Origin: Camelus dromedarius
Taxonomy: Eukaryota
DNA length: 64,000 nucleotides
Direction: 5' to 3'
NCBI RefSeq assembly: GCF_036321535.1
Contig: NC_087436.1
Location: forward strand, 53,384,001 to 53,448,000
Below, one piece after another: positions 54,877-64,000 of this stretch. The translations under genes were made by a program, and so were the position numbers. The notes below the pieces were generated by a model, which saw nothing but the letters and a program-made list of their open reading frames with translations, ran no database searches and had not been told where the DNA came from. Every line of letters starts with the position of its first letter. Position 1 is the first letter of the stretch.

Positions 54877-55050
54877 CATATCTCATCAGAGCTAAGGCAC
54901 CATCAGTTTAAAGATGCACCATAATTTTATATACCACTAAGAAAGAAAAATACTGCCAATTAACTATGATATCCCATTGACAGTAAGAAGCAACTGATAT
55001 CAGAGATTTTAACTTGTAAAAAACAGCACTCTCAAATCAAAGAAATGTGT
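54877..55050. mobile_element. MER104-like Tc2 non-autonomous element
   Basis: aagatgcaccataattttatataccactaagaaagaaaaatactgccaattaactatga matches the family as I recall it. Confidence 0.6.
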
Positions 55051-55715
55051 AATTAGATATAGGAAATAAAGTAAGTGTAGTCAGAAATAAGATCTAGTTT
55101 GTGCAGAAACACAATCAATTCAGTTTGAAATATTATGGATCCCAAATATGTTATTTAGGCATTTATCTTGAGATTAATGAATTATTATTAAAAATCACTA
55201 TATATACTAATGTAATAGGAGGGAAATTATACTTTTAAACATTTATACCATTGGGAATTTTCAGAACAACTACAAGCCTGAATATCAACAGTCAAAAAAG
55301 GTAAAGCCATTCTCATGGAAAGAATCCATGATATTATTTTTAGCATTAGAAGACACCCTCACATCCAAAAGCCCAGGGATTTACCATTCTGAAATCTCTT
55401 CTCCAGCTTCCTCTCAAAATACTTCTTAGCAGGTTCTCTGATGTTCACAGAAAATAAAAGCCAGTCCCTATCTTGAAAGAAGCTCATTCAAAGTACAGCA
55501 CAAAAAGAAAGTCAGAAAGAAGGCAGATACCAAGTATTTAGAGAATTGTGTTAATCTCGATTGTGTTTCCAAGGTAAATACTCAATTTGATCAGCATTTA
55601 TTAAGCACTTAGTATCTTTCAGGACTGTGAAGTACTCTCTGCAGGATATAAAATATAATTATTATAGCTAAGGAGGCTGGAGGTGGAAGCAGGGTGTCAA
55701 AAAAGGACACAAATA

Positions 55716-58700
55716 GGACAAATAGAGGACAGCAGAGTCATAGGACCACAAGCTCATCTTTCCTCATGATTACAACAAAACCACAACTGACTACTAAAAA
55801 ACCATCAAAAAAAAAAAAACTGGAACGTAGCAAAAAACATCCTCTTCAACTGGAAACATAGAGGGAACTTCAGCAGGATGGTAGGAGGGGCATGCTCACA
55901 ATATATTCAGGCCCCATACCCCACAAGTAGGTGACCCACAAGCTGAAAAATAATTAAATCACAGAGGCCCTCCCACAAGTGTGAGAGTTCTGAGCCCCAA
56001 GTCAGGCTCCCCAGCCCAGGGTTCTAGCATTGGGAGGAGGAGTCTCCATAACACCTGGTTTTGAAGGTCAGTGGGCCTTAACTCCAGGAGCCCCACGGGA
56101 CTTGGGGAAACAGACTTCAATCTCTTGGGAAGTGCACACAGAATCTCATGTGCTCCAGGTCCAAGGGTAGAGGCAGTGACTTCATAGGAACTTGGACCAG
56201 ACCTGCCTGCTGGTTTTGGAAGTTTTCCTGGGGAGGTAGGGGATGGCTGTGGTTCACCTTGGTGACATAAAAACTGGTAGCAGACATTCAGGGAGTGTTC
56301 AACTACATGGGCTTTCCTGGAGGCTGACATCTTGATTGGATCATTAGCACCAAGACCTAGCCCCACCCAACAGCCTGTAGGCTTAAGGGCTGGGAAGCCT
56401 CAGGCCAAACAACATACTGGGTGGGAACACAGTCCCACCCATCAGCAGACTTCCTCAGTCCACAGCCACCTCTAGGCACAACCCCATCCACCAGAGGGCC
56501 AGGACTAAGCTCCATTCAGCAGTGGGCAGGCATTGGCTCCTCTTGCCAGGAAACCTGCATAAGTCTCTAGTCCAGCTTCATCCACCAGGGGGAAGATATC
56601 AGAAATAAGAAAACAACAATCCCAAAGCTTGTGGAAGGAATCCACAAACGCAGGCCAGACTCTACACTGGGACCAGCTAGACCCTGGCCCTTGGAGGACA
56701 AGAGAGATGTTTACTACTGGGACACATAGGATGTCTCCCATAGAGGGCCACTTCTGCAAGGTTGAGAACTAACCTACCTAAAAATACAAACAGAATGCTA
56801 GACAATATGAGGTGGCAGAGGAGTATCTTCCAGGCCAAGGCACGAGATAAAATCCCAGAAGAAGAAATAAGCAATGAGGAGATAGGCAATCTATCTGAGA
56901 AGGCATTTAGAATAATGATGGTGAAGATGTTCAGAGAACTCAGGAGGAGTATAGATACACAGAGGAAAATTTTTAGCAAAGAATTAGAAAATATAAAGAA
57001 TACCCAAACAGTTGAAGAATAAAATTACTGAAGTGAATAACAGACTAGAAGGAACCAAGAATAGACTAAATTAGGTAGAAGAACGGATCAGTGAGCTAGA
57101 AGACAGATTAGTGGAAATCACTACTGCAGAACAGAAAAAAGAAAAAAGAATGAAAAGAAATAAGGATGGTTTAAGAGAACTCTGGGATAACATGAAGTGA
57201 ATATTCATGTTATAGGGTCCCAGAAAGAGAAGAGAGAGTACCTGAGAAAATTTTTGAAGAGATAATAACTGAAAACTTTCCCAACTTGGGAAAGGAAACA
57301 GTCACCCAAGCCAGGAAGTGCAAAGAGTTCCACACAGGATTAACCCAAAGAGGAACACACCAAGGCACATAGTAATCAAATTGACAAAAATTAAGGATAA
57401 GGAGAAAATATTAAAATCAGCATGAGAAAAGCAACAAATAACACACAAGGGAACTCCCATAAAGTTATCAGCTGATTTTTCAGCAGAAACTCCATAGGCC
57501 AGAAGGGAGTGGCACTATGTATTTAAAATGACGAAAGGGAAAAGTTTACAACCAAGAATACTCTATCCAGCTGGGCTCTCATTTGGATTTGATGGAGAAA
57601 TCAAAATCTTCACAGATAAACAAAAGCTGAAAGAATTCAGCACCACCAAACTTGCTTTACAACAAACGTTAAATGAACTTCTCTAGTCATCAAACCCCAA
57701 GAAAAGAGAACAAAAAGACAAAAGAGAAAAAAAAAAAAAAAGAACTATAAAACAAACCCAAAACAATTAACAAAATGGCAATAAGAATATACGTATCAAT
57801 AATTACCTTAAATGTAAATGGATTAAACCCTCCAACCAAAAGACATATATCAGCTGAACGAATACAAAAACAAGATCCATATATATGCTGTCTACAAGAG
57901 ACCCACCTCAGACCCAGGGACACATGCAGACTGAAAGTGAGGGGATGGGAAAAAATATTCCATGCAAACAGAAACCAAAAGAAAGCTGGAGTAACAATAC
58001 TTATATCAGACAAAACAGATAACAGCGACAAAGGACACTACATAATGCTCAATGGATCAATCCAAGAAGAAGATGTAACAATTGTAAATATATATGGACC
58101 CAACATAGGAACACCTCAATATATAAGGCAATTGTAAACAGACATAAAAGGAGAAATCACAATAGCACAATAATAGTGGGGGAACTTAACACCCCACTTA
58201 CATCAATGGACAGATCATCCAGACAGAAAATCAATAAGAAAATCCAGGTCCTAAGTGACATATTAGACCAAATGGACTTAATTGATATCTACAGAGCATT
58301 CCATCCAAAAGCAATAGAATACACACTCTTCTCAAGTGCACACAAAACATTCTCCAGAATCAAAGTAAGCCTCAGTAAATTTAAGAAAATTGAAATCATA
58401 CCAAGCACTAAATTCAAAAATATATATGCAACCCCAATTTTCATAGCAGCACTATATACAATAGCCAAGACACAGAAACAACCTAAATGTTCATCAACAG
58501 ATGACTGGATAAAGAAATTGTGGTATATGTATACAATGGAATATACCTCAGCCATAAAAAAGAATAAAATAATGCCATTTGCACCAATATGGATGGACCT
58601 GGAGATTGTTACTCTAAGTGAAGTAAGTCAGAAAGAGAAAGAAAAAAACCACATGATATCACTTATATATGGAATCTAAAAAAAAAAAGGACACGAATGA

Positions 58701-58954
58701 ACTTACCTACAAAATAGAAACAGATTCCCAGACATAGAGAACAAACCTATGGTCACCAGTGGGTAAAGAAGGTGGGAAAGGATAAATTGGGAATTCAAAA
58801 TTTGCACTTCTTGGGGAGTGACAGAAATGTTAGCTATCTTGATTGTGGTGGTGGTATCATTGGTGTATATGTCTATCAAAATTCATCAAATTGTACAGAT
58901 GAAATATGTGTAGTTTACTGTACAGAAATCATACCACAATAAAGGTGTTTTTTT
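55716..58954 (+). mobile_element. L1 of about 3.2 kb: 5'UTR, ORF1, endonuclease domain, RT deleted, chimeric 3' tail
   Basis: Endonuclease peptide ITLNVNGLNPPTKRH...CCLQETH (57775-58137) is fused at about 58405 to the ORF2 C-terminus. Perfect 15-bp TSD AAAAGGACACAAATA (55701-55715 and 58955-58969). Confidence 0.9.
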
Positions 58955-60544
58955 AAAAGGACACAAATAATAGAATATGAGACAGAATAAGTTTTGCTTC
59001 ATGTAGCTATCTATGTGTGAGCAGTAAAGAGTTGTAAATACAATGAGTGTTGTAGTAATTCCAAGAGGGAGAAGATCACACTTAAATAGAAGGGGTGGAA
59101 AAGGTAAGATAGATATTAAGAAATAGACCTTAAGAATATGTTTGTTTAGTAGGCAGAAATGGCAGCAGTAGGTGTTCTAATCTGGGGAAACAGTTTAAAT
59201 AAAAGTATGCAGGCAGGAAGGCACACGGTGCATTGGAAAAAGGTCTATCTGGGGTTGAGACAAGACTACAAATAGGGAAACCTGGAAGATAAGGTTTGAA
59301 ATACAGGTTGGGCTGTAGTAAATGGTCTTGAATATCAGGGTGAGTGTTCAGTAGGAATTAGAGTTCTTGATGGTTTTAGACTAAGAGAATGATACAATAA
59401 AAACTGTTAAGAATAATAATCTAACAACATTTTGAAACATGGACTGGCAGAGGGAGATCTGCAAATAAGAAAATCAGTAAAAGGGCTATGATGATAGTGC
59501 ATGCAAGAAGTAGTAAGAAACTTATTACACTTATCTACAGTGTGGTAATAAATACAGGAAGAAGGAAACAAAAGACACATGGCAGGTAGGATACACAGAG
59601 CTTGTAAACAATGCAGAAAGCAAGGTCAAGGGAGGTTTCAGAACAGTAAGAAAAAGAATGGAGAGGCTAGTGTCAAAACAGGAAAGTCTGAGAAAGGAGT
59701 CTGAGTTGTGAAAGAAGACAAAACTGTTTCGTGAACATGAACACTATAAAAATAGAAACATCCAAGAGCAGATGGAAACTCCTATCTAAAGTTTGGATTA
59801 AAAGGAAAGAAATCATAAAAATATGGTAAGAAAGTCTAGAAAAAATTAAATGCTAGATAAGAATTTTTTAAAGGTCATTTTTTTCAAAATGAGGCTACAA
59901 ACAACTTTCAAAAAAAGTTTCAGTTAAAAGATAGAGATGGAAACCAGACAAGAAGTGAAATATGGGTAGTGAGAAAGTGGAAGCAAAGAGTATAAATTAT
60001 ACTTCTAAAAAGTATAACAGAACAACTTAAATGTCCAATAATAAAATATTAAAATCTGGAGGAGTCAGTGGAATACTATGGGAACATTAAAAGAAATGAT
60101 ATAAAGAAAACATACTGATAAAGATGGAAAAAATATGTTGTTAAACATTGAAAACATATAACACAGAACATTTGGATGCACTAATATTGAGACTCAAAAT
60201 ATATAAAGAAAAAAGAAAAAAACTATAACAAATGAAAAAAATCCATAGTAATAATTTTTAAACATCTCTCAGTAGTTAGTAGAATAAGAGAACAAAAATC
60301 TGTATGAGCGGGCTCCAGTACATCACTGATGCTTATCCTCATTAATAATCAGAGAAATATAAATTAAAAACACAATTACATAGCATTACATACCAACAGA
60401 TTATCAAAAATTTTTATGTCTGGCAATTCCAAGTATAGGCAAGAATGTGGAGCAATGGGAAATCTCATACTTTGTTGCTGCTAGGTGCAACCACTTTATA
60501 AAACTCTGACCTTGTCTATCAGATTTGAAGACTGATCAATTTCC

Positions 60545-61044
60545 CTCCTAGTCAAAATATTTAACAACAGATATGGGACACTCCATTTCCCACAAACAGC
60601 CACGCAAGCATGACTCCAGGGGAGCTCTGGCCCACAGTACTGGTGGTCACAGTCCCAGGAGGTCAGATAGGCACTAGATATTTGCCTACCAGGGCCCAAA
60701 GACTACTCTGAATTGGTACTAGTACTAAGTATTTCTGCTCTTTTATTCTCCAGTCATTTTCATTCCCTTTTTGTTGCTGTATTCTGCAACTCTGCTGAAA
60801 AAATGGTATTTATTCACCTAGAGACCGCAAAACATTGGAGATTGAGAGACAGGCTCACAAACCCAGAGGGGCATGAAAGTATCTCTCAACAGTGACTTAA
60901 CAGGCCTCCCTAAGGCTGCAACAGAGTTGAAGGGAAACTTAGGGATTTAGCGCAATGGCTTTTTACCAACAGGATCAAAATTACTCCAATATTTTAACAG
61001 TTGGCATCACCTTAATAGTGTGTATTGGCTGCATAGAAGTCCTG
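60545..61044. mobile_element. Probable hAT-Tip100 non-autonomous element (MamRep-like) inside an old L1
   Basis: Starts caaaatatttaacaac and ends aatattttaacag..tattggctg..gtcctg. It interrupts a continuous old L1 3' sequence. Confidence 0.45.
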
Positions 61045-61519
61045 AATTTTCTCTAAAGAAACTCAAGCACTTGTCCAGCAGGATACACGGGAGGAATTTT
61101 TATGTAGTTCTGATTTATCACAAACAAAACATGAACTGGATGAAAAATTGTAGTCAATGCATACCAATGGAATACTCTACTGTAATAAAAATAAACAAAG
61201 TATGGTTACAGGCAAGTGGATGAATCTCACAAACACAGAGTTGAGAGGAAAAAAGACATGAAAGCATACATACGCTATGACTCCATTCATATAAAGTTTT
61301 TAATCAGTAAAACTAAACTGTATTGTGTAGAGAAGCATAAATCATAAAGAAATGCACGGAAATTATTATTAGGGTTGTGAAAGAGAAGGTGGGTAAAGGA
61401 GGGATTCTGGGGCCCTGGCAATATCCTTTACTTTATTAATTGTTTGTTAACTTACCTCATAGGTTTAACGACCTTTTCTCTTATCTTATATTTTGCAATA
61501 AAAGAAGAAAAAACAAACA

Positions 61520-61771
61520 AAAAATCTCCAAATAACAGTTGGAAGTAATGGGGGTTTGCAGCTCAAATATGCCAGCACAAATGACGTGGAGAGAGAAGGG
61601 CAGAGTTGCAGATAACAGCAACAAAAAGGAGAGAAGATGATTGGAGAATAAAAGAGCAGAAATAGTATTTATTCACAGAAAATTCATTACAGGACATGAA
61701 GTAACCAAGATAGAAGTAGAACAGTTTCTTAAATCAGAAAGAAACTTCCAAGGCAAGATTCTCAAAGAAAA
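61520..61771 (+). promoter_or_regulatory. ADH4 proximal promoter and 5'UTR
   Basis: Unique purine-rich sequence between an old L1 tail and the ADH4 ATG. It contains a TATA-like AATAAAA (about 61647) and a short upstream ATG-AAG-TAA (61696-61704). Confidence 0.5.
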
Positions 61772-61789
61772 ATGGGCACCAAGGGCAAA
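61772..61789 (+). CDS. ADH4: ADH4 (class II/pi ADH) exon 1 coding part, MGTKGK; the rest of the gene lies beyond the window
   Basis: caaagaaaaATGGGCACCAAGGGCAAA|gtaagc matches the ADH4 N-terminus as I recall it. The 18-nt exon size and the position downstream of ADH6 fit the conserved cluster order. Confidence 0.88.
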
Positions 61790-61919
61790 GTAAGCAAATA
61801 TACTGTTTCTTTGTTCAAATCTTGTTTTGTTTTGTATGTATGTCTCTTTTTATAGATTTGCTAAAAGGAGCTTCCTTGAGAATTACTCTCAGAAAGCAGC
61901 AATTTAAAGTTGATCAAAA

Positions 61920-62863
61920 GCTAAGTCCCCAACAACAGATGAATGGATAAAGAAGATGTGGTATACATATATGTATAATGGAATATTACTACCCATGAAA
62001 AAGAATGAAATCTTGGCTTATGGGACAACATGGATGGACCTCAACGGTATCATGCTAAGTGAAAAAAGTCATACAGAGAAAGACAAATATTGTATGATTT
62101 CACTTATATGTGGAATCTAAAAACCAAAACAAATGACCAAACATAACAAAATAGAAACAGAATCATAGATACAGAGAACAAACAGGTGATTGTCCAGGGG
62201 GTGGGGATGGGGGTTTGGGAGCTGAAAGAAATAGGTGAGGAAAATTAAGAGGTGCAAACTTCCATTTGTAAAATAAATGAGTTATAAGTATGAAATGCAC
62301 AGTGTGAGGAATATAGTCAATATGTAATATCTTTGTATTGACAGATGGTAACTAGATTTATCATGGTAATTATTTTGAAGTATAGAAACATCAAATCACT
62401 ATGTTGTGTACCAGGAACTAACATAGTGTTATGGTCAATTATACTTCAAAAACAAACAAACTCATAGAAAAAGAGATCAGGTTTGTGGTTACCAAAGGTG
62501 GGAGGTGGGGGGAGGAAGAATTGGAGGAAGAATTGGATGAAGACAGTCAAAAGGTACAAAATTCCAATTATAAGACAAATAAAGTATTAGGGATGTAATG
62601 TACAACATGATTGATTAACATAATTAACACTGTTGTATGTCATATATGAAAGTTGTTAAGAGAGTAAATCCTAAGAGTTATCATAAGGAAAAAAATTTTT
62701 TCTGTTTCTTTAATTTTGTATCTATATGAGATAATGGATATTCACTAAACTTATCATGGTCATCATTTCATGATGTATATAAGTCAACTCATTATGCTAC
62801 ATATATTTTAAACTTATACAATGCTGTATATCAATTATATCTCAATAAAATGGGAAGAAAAAA
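61920..62863 (+). mobile_element. 5'-truncated L1 in ADH4 intron 1, with a two-module 3'UTR
   Basis: cagatgaatggataaagaagatgtgg...; 15-bp TSD TAAAGTTGATCAAAA (61905-61919 and 62864-62878). Confidence 0.85.
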
Positions 62864-63571
62864 TAAAGTTGATCAAAAAGATACGTGACCCTCATGCTAA
62901 GAATTTACTCTAAGAAATAACTGTAAATTTGCCAAAATGCTTACTACAAGGGTGTTCAAATAAATATTATTACAATGGCCAAAAAAAGAGAGATTTGAGT
63001 AACACCTTCACAATCATAAAATAAAATTTGCATTTGTTGGAAATAATGTTAGAAAAGAATATGGAAAATATTAATAGGTGGAAGAAAGTAGATTACAAAA
63101 CATTACTTACAATATGGTCCCATGTGGAAAAACTCAAAATATTTACTTCAAAATCATAAAATGAGTGACAAAATTACAGATATATTGTTTCTTTTTTTAT
63201 TTGAATTTTGAAACTTTCCATAATTAACATATGTTGTACTTGTCATAAGACAAATGATAGTTAAAATATAATTCAAAACTGCATAACAGGTATTTAAAAA
63301 TATGTATTTTTGTGAACAAAGACTGGGAAAATCATACCAAAAGTAAAAATAGTAGCATTAGAATGAAGGAGTGTAGGTTTGTTTTTCCCACTTCCCTTCA
63401 ATGTTACTTATATTCTAAATTAAAAGTATAATATTAAGAGGCTAAAATGTTTTTAATCTGGGGATTATAGAACCTTTAATGCTTAATTTCTTTTCATACA
63501 TTTATATTCAAAGAGGTAAAATTTTTATTTAATTTATATTCTACTGATAAATTTAATAATTATGTAAGCCT

Positions 63572-63730
63572 CACTTCTCAAACTTTTATGTGCATATAAA
63601 TCACATGGGGATCTTATCCAAATGCAGGTTTTGATTCAGTGGATTTGGGGCAGGGCTTGTAGGGCTAGCAAATTCCCAGGTGGTATCCATAACTGCTGGT
63701 GTCAGGGAGGTTCACATTTGAGTAGCAAAG
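63572..63730. mobile_element. MER5A-like hAT element
   Basis: cttctcaaactttt..aatcacatggggatctt..aaatgcag..gattcagt..ttcccaggtg..tttgagtagca pattern. Confidence 0.65.
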
Positions 63731-64000
63731 ATGAAAAACACATCTATGCTCTAGCAATAAGGATTCATATAACACAGATCTGATAACAATTTGTTCAATC
63801 AACAAATACATACTGGCCATCTACCCTGTCCAAATCCTCTAAATTTATTGTCTCCGTTCTGGAGAAAAAAAAAATCAAGGCTTTAAACTTTAATACACCT
63901 GCTCTTTTCAAAACTTAATGCAGAAGTTGACTTCTTATTTTCAATTACATTCACTTGTCTTTAAAATAATATAGCTATACGTAACATCCAGCCACAAACT

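Noticed and set aside
57775..58679. Endonuclease-like ORFs as a possible functional gene
   Set aside because: They are L1 ORF2 remnants with stops, frameshifts and a deleted RT domain.

Overview
This is mammalian genomic DNA from the alcohol dehydrogenase (ADH) gene cluster. It is probably a camelid, based on Vic-1-like tRNA-derived SINEs. Three + strand ADH loci lie in tandem. (1) A frameshifted exon-5 remnant of a divergent ADH paralogue at 22-240, with no recognisable downstream exons. (2) A complete 9-exon class V gene, ADH6, with CDS 13587-26660 (1128 nt, 375 aa) and all zinc ligands and the NAD-binding motif intact. (3) Exon 1 of ADH4 (MGTKGK, 61772-61789). The rest is mostly transposon-derived: L1, L2, MIR, ERVL/ERV1/MaLR LTRs, and MER DNA transposons. 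The notable observations are a GC donor in ADH6 intron 8 that also removes the read-through stop codon, indels in ADH6 active-site loops, several 5'-intact L1s that lost ORF2 in different ways (one looks spliced), a probable gene-conversion tract between two L1s, a triplicated target site, and two orphan or transduced insertions. I found no evidence of a wholly new multi-gene system. Repeat family names and human comparisons are from memory and need RepeatMasker/Dfam or alignment confirmation.
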